A DNA stretch of 64,000 bases from Malacoraja senta (Eukaryota): NCBI GenBank assembly GCA_038087875.1, contig CM075995.1, positions 4,714,001-4,778,000 on the forward strand, in the 5' to 3' direction. Of the stretch, positions 25,292 to 38,140 are shown one piece after another (the first letter of the stretch is position 1; each line of letters starts with the position of its first letter). The position numbers and the translations under genes were made by a program. The notes beneath the pieces are model-generated. The model was not told where the DNA came from. It was given only the letters and a program-made list of their open reading frames with translations, and ran no database searches.

Positions 25292-26908
25292 GTATAGAAA
25301 CATGGAAAATAGGTGCAGGAGTAGGCCATTCAGCCCTTCGAGCCTGCACTGCCATAATATGATCATGGCTGATCATCCAACTCAGTATCCTGTACCTGCT
25401 TTCTCTCCATACCCCCTGATCCCTTTAGCCACAAGGGCCACATCTAACTCCCTCTTAAATATAGCCAATGAACTGGCCTCAACTACCTTCTGTGGCAGAG
25501 AATTCCAGAGATTCACCACTCTCTGTGTAAAAAATGTTTTTCTCATCTCAGTCCTAAAAGATTTCCCCTTTATCCTGAAACTGTGACCCCCTTGTTCTGG
25601 ACTTCCCCAACATCGGGAATAATCTTCCTGCATCTAGCCTGTCCAACCCCTTAAGAATTTTGTAAGTTTCTATAAGATCCCCCCTCAATCTTCTAAATTC
25701 TAGCGAGTACAAGCCGAGTCTATCCAGTCTTTCTTCATATGGAAGTCCTGACAACCCAGGAATCAGTCTGGTGAACCTTCTCTGTACTCCCTCTATGGCA
25801 AGAATGTCCTTCCTCAGATTAGGAGACCAAAACTGTAAGCAATACTCCAGGTGTGGTCTCACCAAGACCCTGTACAACTGCAGTAGAACCTCCCTGCTCC
25901 TATACTCAAATCCTTTTGCTATGAATGCTAACATACCATTTGCTTTCTTTGCTGCCTGCTGCACCTGCATGCCTACTTTCAATGACTGGTGTACCATGAC
26001 ACCCAGGTCTCGTTGCATATCCTCTTTTCCTAATCGGCCACCATTCAGATAATAGTCTACTTTCCTGTTTTTGCCACCAAAGTGGATAACCTCACATTTA
26101 GCCACATTATACTGCATCTGCCATGCATTTGCCCACTCACCCAGCCTATCCAAGTCATCTTGCAGCGTCCTAGCACCCTCCTCGCAGCTAACACTGCCCC
26201 CCAGCTTTGTGTCATCCGCAAACTTGGAGATGTTGCATTCAATTCCCTCGTCCAAATCATTAATATATATTGTAAATAGCTGGGGTCCCAGCACTGAGCC
26301 TTGCGGTACCCCACTAGTTACTGCCTGCCATTCTGAAAAGGACCCGTTTACTCCTACTCTTTGCTTCCTGTCTGCCAGCCAGTTCTCTATCCACATCAAT
26401 ACTGAACCCCCAATACCGTGTGCTTTAAGTTTGTATATTACTCTCTTAGGTGGGACCTTGTCGAAAGCCTTCTGAAAGTCCAGATACAACACATCCACTG
26501 GTTCTCCCTTATCCACTCTACCAGTTACATCCTCGAAAAATTCTATAAGATTCATCAGACATGATTTATCTTTCATAAATCCATGCTGACTTTGTCCAAT
26601 GATTTCACCATTTTCCAAATGTGCTGCTATCCCATCTTTAATAACTGACTCTAGCAGTTTCCCCACTACCGAAGTTAGACTAACTGGTCTGTAATTCCCC
26701 GTTTTCTCTCTCCCTCCCTTTTTTTAAAGTGGGGTTATATTAGCTACCCTCCAATCCTCAGGAACTACTCCAGAATCTAAAGAGTTTTGAAAAATTATCA
26801 CTAATGCATCCACTATTTCTGGAGCTACTTCCTTAAGTACTCTGGGATGCAGCCTATCTGGCCCTGGGGATTTATCAGCCTTTAATCCATTAAATTTACC
26901 TAACACCA
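25292..26908 (-). mobile_element. CR1-type LINE, young 5'-truncated copy
   Basis: Uninterrupted 370-aa RT ORF ([23 protein letters not shown]) with a 3' UTR and (ATGTTTCT) tail. Confidence 0.95.
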
Positions 26909-27519
26909 GATTGCACTATATCAAGCTGAAAAATGAAAAAGCTCCTTACCTTAGGAGGGGGGATACACCCCTCCCACACCCTCCCCCCCTCGGTCGCTCT
27001 GCTCCCTCGCAATTTCTCACTCTTAATTCTCACCCATTGTTGACAGCCCTGCTATATTGACGAGTTTTATTTGAAACATATATTTGAAACGTCGAAAGGA
27101 TCTACAGGAGCCCCTGCCTGAAAAAAACACCTAATCAGCACTCCAGTCTTTGATGACACACCGACCTGGCAATGCTCCGATCTCACTTCTACCATCAGGA
27201 AGAAGGTGCAAGGCCCTGAAAATATTGACCTCCAGGTTCAAAAATAGCTTATTCCCAGCAACCCTTCAGACTCTTCAACAATAAACCACGCTATCTACAA
27301 CCCGACGTCAGCAACTATGATCTACTATGGACATTGTTTTAGTTGCTCTACGGACTTCGGTATTATGGTCTGGTCCAAGAATCAAGAGTGCTTAACAGTC
27401 ATACCTTTTGACAATAGAAAAATGAAATTCTTAATTGCTGCAGCTAACAGGCCTGTAAACACAATATACACAGATAATCTACCACAATATACAATAAACA
27501 GTAAGCCTGTCTTACTCAT

Positions 27520-28505
27520 GGGAGACAAGAGGGTTGTGATTGAGGATGTAATTTTGGCTGGAGTTCTGTGATCAGTGGAGTTCCACAAGGATCCCTGCTG
27601 GGATCTCTGTGATATAGAAACATAGAAACATAGAAATTAGGTGCAGGAGGAGGCCATTAGGCCCTTTGAGCCAGCACCGCCATTCATTGTGATCATGGCT
27701 GATCGTCCCCAATCAATATATACAAATGACTTGGACATGAATGTACAGGGGTTGGCTAGTAAGTTTGCAGATTACACGAAGATTGCAGTAATTGTGGACA
27801 CTGAGGAAGGCTGCCAAAGTATGCAATGGGATGCAAAGGTCAGCTACAGAAATGTGCAAAGAAATGACAGATGGAGTTTAATCCAAGTGAATATGTGGTG
27901 ATGCACTCGGGGAGGTCAAACGTAATGGGAAAGTATACAGTTATTGGCAAAACCTTTTATTGGGCAATGAGCATAAGAGATAAGAAGTCGTGATGCAGAT
28001 CTATAAATCTTTGGTGAAGCCACATGTGGAGTATCGTGTGCAGTTCTGGTCACTTCATTACAGGAAGGATGCGGATGCTTTGGAGAGGGTGCAGAAGTGG
28101 TTTACAAGAATGTTCCATGGATACAGGAGCATTCAGTGCAAGGAATGGTTGGACAGACTTGGAATGTTTTCTTTGGAGCACTGGAGGGTTGAGGGGAGAC
28201 CTGATAGAAATATATAAAGTTATGAGAGCCATAAATTGGGTAAACAGTCAGAACCCTTTTCCCAGAGTGGAAATGTCAAAGACTAGAGGACATAGGTTTA
28301 AGGTGACAGGGGCAAGTTTAAAGGAGATGTGCAGGACACATTTTTTATACAGAGGGTGGTGAGTGCTTGAAGTGTGTTGCCAGGGGTGGTGGTGGGAGCA
28401 GATCAAACAGTGGGAGTTAAGAGTCTTTTAGATAGGCAGGAAATGAGTTTACCTTGGCATCATGTTCTGTACATATACTATAGGCTTGTTCCTGTAGTGT
28501 ACTTT
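27520..28505 (+). mobile_element. Old CR1-type LINE fragment with a small nested antisense tail
   Basis: Contains SKFADYTK and KPHVEYRVQFWS motifs. Confidence 0.8.
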
Positions 28506-29869
28506 TACATTTTTTTTAAATGGATAACTTAATAACCATAACACGAGTGCAAAAATCAAAGTCCTTAGTGCGAACAAAGACAGTCCATTGAAGTTCATAC
28601 GTGGTTGCTGACGTTAGTGTTGTGTTCAAGAGCTTGATGGTCGTTGGGAAGAAGCTATTCTGGAACCTTATTGAGGTGGCCTCTCCTATAGATCCCTTCA
28701 GTGGTGGGGAGGTCAGTACCTGTGATGGACCAGGCAGTATCTACTACTCTCTGGAATCTCCGTTATTCCTGAGCATTCAAGTTGCTGAAGCAGGCCATGA
28801 TGCAACCAGTCAGTATGCTCTCCTCCATATACCTGTAGAAGTTCAATAGAGCACTCTTCGGCATAACAAATTGCCTCAATATTCAGTATTCAGAAGTAAA
28901 GGCGGCGTTAACTTTCTTTGTGTTTGCATCAATGCCCTGGACAGATCTTCAGAGATATGTTGCCCAGGAATTCAAAGCTGTTGACTCTCTTCTATACTGT
29001 CCCATCAATTAAGGCAGGTTCATGGATCTTGGCTTTCCCCTCCTGGGGTTCAGATCTTTGGTCCTGCTACCATTGAGAGCAAAATTATTGTTCTGGCACC
29101 ATTCAATTGTTTCCTCCCTCCTCTAGTGACTAGTCTGACTCATCATTACCAGTTATTCGTACACCAGCACTGATGTTGTTATTTAAATTTACAGATGGCT
29201 ATGGAACTGTGTCTGGCTCTACAGTCATGGGTGGAGGCAGGGTGGAGCAGGAGAGTGAGCACACAGCTTTGAGATGTTTCTGTGCTGATGGTTGTCAAGG
29301 AGAAGGTGCCAATAATCAGTGTCAATAATCAGTGCCAATAATCAGCATCTCTGGAGAGAATTCCTTCTCTCCAGAGATGCTGCCTCACCCGCTGAGTTAC
29401 TCCAGCATTTTGCGTCTACCCAAGCATCTGCGGTGGGAATGGACAGGTGACGTTTTGGATCGGGATCCTTCTTCAAACGGTGGATGTTGGTCTCACAGTA
29501 GTCTGCCCTCTGCCACCATTACAGGTTGGTATTACCCAGTTCAGAGAAGGGCGAGGCTTGTAACCCATGTCATTCACAGAGATAAACTTCAGTGATCAAA
29601 GTTTATCAGCGTAGAGGCTGAACAAGGTTAGTTAGAATAGATCTTTGGAGACAGTTCATTCTTAGTTTACTCCAAGGACTCATTTTCTCATCCATGGGCA
29701 CCTGGAAATGTCTGCCTTAGGAAAGTGTTTCAATGACACCAATAAACTATTGCAGAGACTCTTGATAGCATAATGAGCAGACCCATTTACCCATGGCATC
29801 TGCTGCAGTGGTCAAGAAATGTGGTGCCTATTTTTAGATTCGTTTTTTGTGAATATGATCTCTGCTTGA

Positions 29870-31105
29870 TCGAGTTGGTGAGGCTGCATTTAGAGTATTG
29901 TGTTCAGTTCTGGGCACCGTGTTATAGGAAAGATGTCAAGCTGGAAAGGTTACAGAAAAGATTTACGAGAATGTTGCCAGGGCTAGATGATGTGAGCTAT
30001 AGGGAGAGGTTGAGTAGGCTGGGACTCTATTCCTTGGAGCACAGGAGGATGAGCGGTGATCTTATAGAGGTGTATAAGATCATGAGACGAATAGATCGGG
30101 TAGATGCACAGGGTCTTTTGCCCAGAGCAGGTGAATTGAGGACCAGAGGACATACAGTAGGTTTGAGGTGGAGTGGAAACAATTTAATAGGATTCTGAGG
30201 GGTAACTTTTTCACACAAAGGGTGATGAATGTATGGAACAAGCTGCCAGAGGAGGTAGTTTTGGATCGGGATCCACGCTGGTTTTATGTGCGGATAAAGA
30301 GGGTCAACATTTATTTTGTGTGCCTCATGAAGTGAGCTGAACAAGAGACTTAAAGGCCCCTGCCTCATCTGTGATTATACTCTGACAGTGAGCCCTTGTA
30401 AAGTTCTGCAAGAAGCACAAACCTAACAATATCACCAGTCATCAAGACAGGAGCTCTTAAAGCGGAATAGATGCCTCATTCTCGTATGGCCAAATAGGAA
30501 CTGGGACCACAGGATGAGGAATTCTGTAGTCTGGATCCCTCCAACGAAGAGAAGGACAGATGGCAATGTATTCAGGATTGAGTTGGATATAGCTCTTAGG
30601 GCTAACGGAATCAAGGGATATGGGGAGAAAGCAGGAACGGGGTACTGATTCAAGATGATCAGCCATGATCATATTGAATGACGGTGCTGGCTCGAAGGGC
30701 CAAATGGCCTGCTCCTGCACCTATTTTCTATGTTTCTATGTAGTTGACGCAGGGATTATCCCAACATTTAAGAAACAGTTCGACAGGTACATGGATAGGA
30801 CAGGCTTGGATGGATATGGACCAAATGCAGGCGGGTGGGACTAGTGTAGCTGGGTCATGTTGGCCGGTGTGGCCAGGTTGGGCCGAAGGGCCTGTTTCCA
30901 CACTGTATCAATAGACAATAGACAATAGGTGCAAGAGTAGGCCATTCGGCCCTTCGAGCCAGCACCACCATGGGTGACCATCCACAATCAGTACCCCGTT
31001 CCTACCTTCTCCCCATATCCCCTGACTCCGCTATCTTTAAGATCTAGCTCTCTCTTGAAAGTATCCAGGGAACCGGCCTCCACCGCCCTATGATACTCTA
31101 TGACA
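29870..31105 (+). mobile_element. CR1-type LINE 3' fragment with nested insertions
   Basis: Encodes LHLEYCVQFWAP...GDLIEVYK. Interrupted at 30261-30739 and about 30908-31090. Confidence 0.8.
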
Positions 31106-31887
31106 CTGGATACTTAGTTTTGTAATTTGACCACAGCCGAGTTGATCAATGTTCAAGATACTCTCCATGTCTGGGTTTCATTGGAGAATTAAATCCCTGT
31201 GGAATTTGAAATGATCAGATAATAGTGATATTGGATGGTAGCCACAAACCGGTTCTGGGACTTCACAAAGTATTTGAAACCAGGTAACATTTCTCGTGTG
31301 CCAGATATTTGGAAGTCTTTTAAGAATATTTCAGAACTCAGGAGAGATGCCATTGTAACCAGAGACAGTGCTAGACTTGCTGTTAGAAGTGTGAAAGGGT
31401 TGAGACAAGTTTTGCTTTTGAAGGACTTTCCACTCTCTAGATTTCACAATTCTCTCAATTTTTCTCCGTATTTTGTGCAAAGCAGCTGAATAACTAAATG
31501 TTTAGAAGTCACTTAAATGCATTTTCATGTCATTGGCCATTGAGCTCCCAGGTTTCTCTGGAATGCCAGAGGTTGATGGGAAACCCGATTGAAATATATA
31601 AAATTAAGACAGAGGCATAGATAGGGAAGAGAGTCAGGACCTTTTATCCAGTATTGGGTACTGGGTATGTGTAAGCCGGGTATGTTAGCGGGTATGTGTA
31701 TGGGTATGACGATCAGCCATGATCGCAATGAATGGCGGTGCTGGCTCGAAGGGCCGAATGGTCTCCTCCTGCACCTATTTTCTATGTTTCTATGTAAGAA
31801 AGAACTGCAGATGCTGGTTTAATCTGAAGATCGATACAAAAAGCTGGAGTAACTCAGCGGGACAGGCAGCATCTCTGAAGAGAAAGA

Positions 31888-32300
31888 TTTTTTTTTTAAT
31901 TTCAAAATAGACTTTATTCAAGTAATAAATATATACAATACATGAACCGTGCAAAACATTCATCCAATATTTTCGGAGGCTATACAAACATTCAATACTG
32001 TCTTCACACAATGCTCAAATTTCACAAATTTATCCCCCATCCTTGCCACTCATGTGGCCCAGTGGCGTGGAATCCCTTCCCTTATTTTTGAGGGGCGTCT
32101 CCACCACACCCTGCCCCCCATATCCAGCAACGCAAGGACCTTAGACTGTGGTCTTCCCCCACAGAGCCTTGGCGTTGGCTGCACCAAACTTCAGTGCGTC
32201 CCTCAGCACGTACTCCTGCAGTCTGCAGCGGGCCAGTCTGCGACATTCCCCGACGGACATCCCTCTCCGCTGGGAGGTCAACAAAGCTCGGGCAGACCTT
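31888..32300 (-). mobile_element. 3' fragment of an L1/Tx1-like LINE
   Basis: Poly(A) tail with AATAAA on the minus strand. The ORF ends RCRLQEYVLRDALKFGAANAKALWGKTTV, resembling Tx1-type ORF2 termini. Confidence 0.6.
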
Positions 32301-32326
32301 TGGAGAGAAGGAATGGGTGACATTTC

Positions 32327-33519
32327 AATAGACAATAGGTGCAGTAGGCTATTCGGCCCCTCGAGCAAACACTGCCATTCAATGTGACCATGGCTGATCA
32401 TCCACAACCAGTACCCCGTTCCTGCCATCCCCCATAACCCTTGACTCCACTATCTTTAAGAGCTCTGTCTAGCGCTCTCTTGAAAGCATCCAGAGAACCA
32501 GCCTCCACCGCCCTCTGAGGCAGAGAATTCCACAGACTCACAACTCTCTGTGAGAAATAGTGTTTCCTCGTCTCCGTTCTAAATGGCTTACCCCTTATTC
32601 TTAAAATGTGGCCCCTGGTTCTGGACTCCACCAACATCGGGAACATGTTTCTTGCCTCCAACGTGTCCAAACCCTTAATAATCTTATATGTTTCAATAAG
32701 ATCCCCTCTCGTTCTTCTAAATTCCAGAGTATACAAGCCCAGCCGCTCCATTCTATCAACATATGACAGTCTTGCCATCCCGGGAATTAACCTGGTGAAC
32801 CAACGCTGTCCTCCCTCAATAGTAAGAACCTTCCTCAAATTGGGAGACCAAAACTGCACACAATACTCCAGGTGTAGTCTCACTAGGGCCCTGTACAACT
32901 GCAGAAGGACCTCTTTGCTCCTATACTCAACTCCTCTTGTTATGAAGGCCAACATGCCATTTGCTTTCTTCACTGCCTGCTGTACCTGGATGCTTACTTT
33001 CATAGACTGATGAACAAGGACCCCCAGATCCCGTTGTACTTCCCCTTTTCCCAACTTGACACCATTTAGATAATAATCTGCCTTCTTGTTTTTGCCACCA
33101 AAGTGGATAACCTCACATTTATCCACATTAAACTGCATCTGCCAGGCATCTGCCCATTCACCCCTGTCCAAGTCACCCTGGATCCTCATAGCATCCTCTT
33201 CACAGTTCACACTGCCACCCAGCTTTGTGTCATCAGCAAATTTGCTAATGTTATTTGTAATCCCTTCATCTAAATCATTAATGTATATTGTAAATAGCTG
33301 CGGTCCCAGCACCGAGCCTTGCGGTACCCCACTAGTCACTGCCTGCCATTCTGAAAGGGACCCGTTAATTCTTTGTTTCCTGTCTGCCAACCAATTTTCT
33401 ATCCATGTCAGCCAATACCATGTGCTCTAATTTTGCCCACTAATCTCCTATGTGGGATCTTATCAAATGCTTTCTGAAAGTCCAGGTACACTACATCTAC
33501 TGGCTCTCCCTTGTCCATT
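32327..33519 (-). mobile_element. CR1-type LINE, 5' truncated
   Basis: 330-aa RT ORF with FADD and an ATTGTCT tail. Inserted in a Penelope terminal repeat. Confidence 0.93.
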
Positions 33520-36085
33520 TTCGGGTCGAGACCCTTCTTTAGACTGGTTAGGGATAAGGGAAACGAGAGATATAGATGGTGATGTGCAGAGATAAAGAAC
33601 AATGGATGATATGCAAAAAAGTAACAATGATAATAGAAACAGGCCATTGTTAGCTGTTTGTAGGGTGAAAATGGGAAGTTAGTGCGACTTGGGTGGGGGA
33701 GGGATAGAGAGAGAGGGAATGCCGAGGCTACCTGAAGTGAGAGAAATCAACATTCATACCACTGGGCTGTAAGCTGCCCAAGCGAAATATGAGATGCTGT
33801 TCCTCCAATTTATATTTAGCCTCACTCTGACAATGGAGGAGGCCTGTGTAAGAATGGGAAGGAGAAGTAGTCCAGCAACCGGGAGATCAGGTTGGTTCAG
33901 GCGGCTAAGCGAAGATGTTCCGTGAAACGATCGCCCATTCTGCGTTTGGTCTCGCCGATGTATAAGAGTCAACATCTTGAAGAACGGATACAGTAGATGA
34001 GGTTGGAGGAGGTTCAAGTGAACCTCTGCCTAACCTGAAAGGACTGTCGGGGTCCCTGGGCAGTCGAGGGAGGAGGTATAGCGACATGTGTTGCATCTTC
34101 TGCGGTTGGAGGGGAAGGTACCTGGGGAGGGGGTGGTTTGGGTGGGAAGGGATGAGTTAACCAGGGAGTTACGGAGGGAACGGCCTTTGCGTAAGGCGGA
34201 AAGAGGTGGAGATGGGAAAATGTGGCTAGTGCTGGGATCCCATTGGAGGTGGTGGAAATTTTGGAGGATTATGTGTTGTATGCGTTGGCTGATGGGGTGG
34301 AAGGTAAGGACTAGGGGGACTCTGTCTCTGTTGCGACTCGGGTGAGGGGGAGCAAGGGCGGAGCTGTGGGGTACCGAGGAGACACGAGTGAGGGCCTCAT
34401 CTATGATGGGAGAGGGAAACCCCCGTTCTCTAAAGAATGAGGACATTCTTCTAGTATGGAACACCTCATCTTGGGTGCAGATGCGGCGCAGACGGAGGAA
34501 TTGGGAATAGGGGATAGAGTCTTTGCAGGAAGCAGGGTGGGAAGAAGTGTAGTCAAGATAGTTGTGGGAGTCAGTGGGTTTGTAATAGACGTCAGTCAAT
34601 GGTCCATTTCTTGTGATGGAGACTGTGAGATCAAGAAAGGGGAGGAAGGTGTCGGAGATGGTCCAAGTAAATTTGAGTGCAGGATAAAAATTGGAGGTGA
34701 AGTTGATGAAGTCCATGAGTTCTGCATGGCTGCAGGAGGTAGCACCGATACAGTCATCAATGTAACGGAGATAGAGGCAAAGAGGCAAGCATAGCTGGGG
34801 CCCATGCAGGTGCCCTAAGCCTTGTACTTAGAGGAAGTGGGAGGAGTCAAAGGAGAAGTTGTTGAGGGTGAAGACCAGCTCTGCTAGGCAGAGTACAGTG
34901 TTAGTAGAGGGAAATTGGATGGTTCTGCGGTCGAGGAAGAAACGGAGGGCTTTAAGGCCTTCCTGGTGGGAGATGGAGGTGCAGAGTGACTGAACATCCA
35001 TAGTAAAGATGAGGGAGTGGGGGCTCGGAAAGCGGAAGTCATTAAAGAGACGAAGGGCATGTGCGGCATCTTGGACATAGGTCGGGGGATATTGGACCAG
35101 GGGGGATAGGATAGGGTCGAGGTATGTGGAAATCATTTGTGTGGGACAGGAGCAGGCAGAAACAATGGGTCAACCAGGGCAGTTGTGTTTGTGGATTTGG
35201 GGAGAAGGCAAAACCGGGCTGTTGAGACGGTTGATGTCACGCCGGCAGTTAGAAATAAAGAGGTCTAGAGAGGGTAGAAGGCCGTTCTGGGGAGTCCAAG
35301 AGGGATGGGACTGGTGGAGACGGGAGAAGGGGTCATCACTAGGTGGTGAGGACTCCTTCCCATAGAAAAAGGCATAGAGGCAGAGGCGACGGAAGAAAAG
35401 CTCTATGTGGTGGCGGACCCGGAACTCGTTGAAGTAGGGGTGGAGGGGAACGAAGGTGAGGCCTCTGTTGAGGACATACCATTCCGTATCAGAAAGGAGG
35501 AGCTCAGGGGGGATGGTGAAGACATGACATGGGTGGGGGCTAGGGTCAGAAGAGGGCCGGAGAGTGGACAGAAGCCGAAGCTAGGACTTGGTGGGTGGAT
35601 GGTGGGTGTTCAGAGAGGAGGTGGGGCCTGAGGACTATTGTATCGGTTGGGTGTGGTTGGGGTAACCTGGTTAAAAGAGGGGGAAGGGGATGACCCATCA
35701 CTACTGAGGCTCCCTGTAGGAGTAGTAGGACCTAGCAGTCAGACCACGTGGTGTTGGAGTCTGCATCGTGGAGGCTGTGGGCCTGGTGGCTGAGCCTAGA
35801 ACTCAGGTGAGGCGAAGGCTTGGGCCCGCTGGTGGGCGGTGGAGAGGTGAGGGTCGGTGGAGTCGCTGGTGGTGGCCTGTGGGAGGCTGAAGTAGAGATA
35901 CGGGTCGGCAGCATCAGCGTCGGTGTTCCCGGGGAGACAGTGAAGGTCGGCGGCAGCAGCGGCGGAGGGCTCAGGGAGGTGGTAAGAGTCGGCAGCAGTG
36001 GCAGCCTCGGTGGTCTAGGCCTGGGTTCGGTCGGGAAGGTGGTGAGGGTCGGAGAGGCAGTGGATGTTGGTGCTGCTCCTCAGAC
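33520..36085 (-). mobile_element. Penelope-like element (RT plus GIY-YIG region), degenerate
   Basis: Frameshifted ORFs with FTMDVQSL, MGPSYACLF, LRYIDDC, YYKPTDSHNYLDYTSSHP and a Cys-rich linker. A hammerhead-like 3' terminus lies at 33520-33545. Confidence 0.9.
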
Positions 36086-36571
36086 ACGGAAATCGCTATC
36101 AAAACATGGAGGGGGCGGGGGTATGTGACACAATTTCTTGACACACACACACACATGCAAATCAAGTTCCGCTCTGATCTTTGCCCCACGGACGTCTCCC
36201 TCCTCCAATCCACTCAGTCCCACCCCCCTACTTCCGCCTCTGACTGACACATCCCTCCTCTAATCATCGCGCTGAATTATCATGGTCACGCCCCCATTGC
36301 CTGCTGACCGACGTCTCTCTCGTACAATCAGTGCCCTCGACCAGCAGTCCCACTGTCTAGCGGAAAGCGGAGATTTCACGGAGTTTTAAAATCCGGATTA
36401 CGAAAAATGGGGGGGGGATCGTCCTCCACCTCTCAAAATAGGGGGGGGGGGGGGGGTGTGTGTCCCCTGCCCCCCCCGGATTTCAGCCCCTGCTGCTCCT
36501 CGTGGAGTCGATGGCGTCACGGGTCTCGACCCCGTGGTGGTCGGGCAGGTGGAGAAGTCCAACGGTGGAGC

Positions 36572-37625
36572 CATATAACATATAACCATATAACAATTAC
36601 AGCACGGAAACAGGCCATCTCGGCCCTTCTATTCCGTGCCGAACACTTACTCTCACCTAGTCCCATCTACCTGCACTCAGACCACAACCCTCCATTCCTT
36701 TCCCGTCCATATACCTATCCAATTTATTTTTAAATGATAAAATCGAACCTGCCTCCACCACTTCCACTGGAAGCTCATTCCACACAGCTACCACTCTCTG
36801 AGTAAAGAAGTTCCCCCTCATGTTACCCCTAAACTTTTGTCCCTTAATTCTCAAATCATGTCCTCTTGTTTGAATCTTCCCTACTCTCAATGGAAAAAGC
36901 TTATCCACGTCAACTCTGTCTATCCCTCTCATAATTTTAAAGACCTCTATCAAGTCCCCCCTTAACCTTCTGCGCTCCAAAGAATAAAGACCTATCTTGT
37001 TCAACCTTTCTCTGTAACTTAGGTGCTGAAACCCAGGCAACATTCTAGTAAATCTCCTCTGTACTCTCTCTATTTTGTTGACATATTTCCTATAATTTGG
37101 CGACCAAAATTGTACACCATATTCCAGAATTGTCCTCACCAATGCCTTGTACAATTTTAACATTACATCCCAACTTCTATACTCAATGTTCTGATTTATA
37201 AAGGCCAGCACACCAAAAGCTTTTTTAACACCCTATCTACATGAGATTCCACCTTCAGGGAACTATGCACAGTTATTCCTAGATCCCTCTGTTCAACTAC
37301 ATTCCTCAATTCGCTACCATTTACCATGTACGTCCTATTTTGATTTGTCCTGCCAAGATGTAGCACCTCACACTTATCAGCATTAAACTCCATCTGCCAT
37401 CTTTCAGCCCACTCTTCCAAATGGCCTAAATCTCTCTGTAGACTTTGAAAATCTATTTCATTATCCACAACACCACCTATCTTAGTATCATCTGCATATT
37501 ACTAATCCAATTTACCACACCATCATCCAGATCATTGATGTACATGACAAAGAACAGTGGACCCAACACAGACCCCTGAGGTACCCCACTAGTCACCGGC
37601 CTCCAACCTGACAAACAGTTGGACC
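36572..37625 (-). mobile_element. CR1-type LINE, second subfamily
   Basis: 184-aa ORF2 C-terminal ORF (LEYGVQFWSP...LERRRLRGDLIE) with a (TTATATGG)-type tail. Confidence 0.9.
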
Positions 37626-37639
37626 TGACAACCTGACAA

Positions 37640-38140
37640 ACAGGCCTGCGGGCGTTCGAGTCGTGTCGGTGGAGGAACCGGTCTGAAGGCGAGCAAGCTT
37701 GTGATCTTTAGTAGAGTCCAGGTAGGCGAGGAAGCATTTGGCGATGAATGAAGTACAGTTGGGGTCCGTTGCAGGTGTGGGTGAGGCCCGTAGCTGCGGG
37801 AGGGTGAGAGCGAAGACCTGCTGGTGCCGGCGCATCACAGCCAGTGTAGAACGCAGGCAACGGAAGGAGAACTATTGCGAAAAGCGGCAGTTCGACTGTT
37901 GGTACCTGTAATCCGGGTTGGGTCCGAACTGGGATGTCTGGAATCGGAGCTGGAATCTACGTGGTAGAAGATGGAGGCACAGGCAAGCACCGAGAAAACA
38001 CTCTGATCCCAACACGGATCCCTGAGGCAAGATCAAACAAACAGTCTGAAGAAGGGTTTCGGCCCGAAACGTTGCCTATTTCCTTCGCTCCATAGATGCT
38101 GCTGCACCCGCTGAGTTTCTCCAGCATTTTTGTGTACCAC
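37640..38140 (-). mobile_element. 5' part of a Penelope-like element with an inverted terminal repeat
   Basis: GC-rich ORF-like sequence upstream of the 33.5-36 kb element. It ends in a plus-orientation CTGAAGAAGGGTTTCGGCCCGAAACGTTGCC terminal repeat (38045-38140). Confidence 0.6.

Noticed and set aside
22134..27051. Possible 4.9-kb hAT element bounded by CAGGGCTCCCAAC and GTTGACAGCCCTG
   Set aside because: The ends match at only 11 of 13 positions and the flanks (TATTAATT versus CTATATTG) give no TSD. They are more likely separate fragments.
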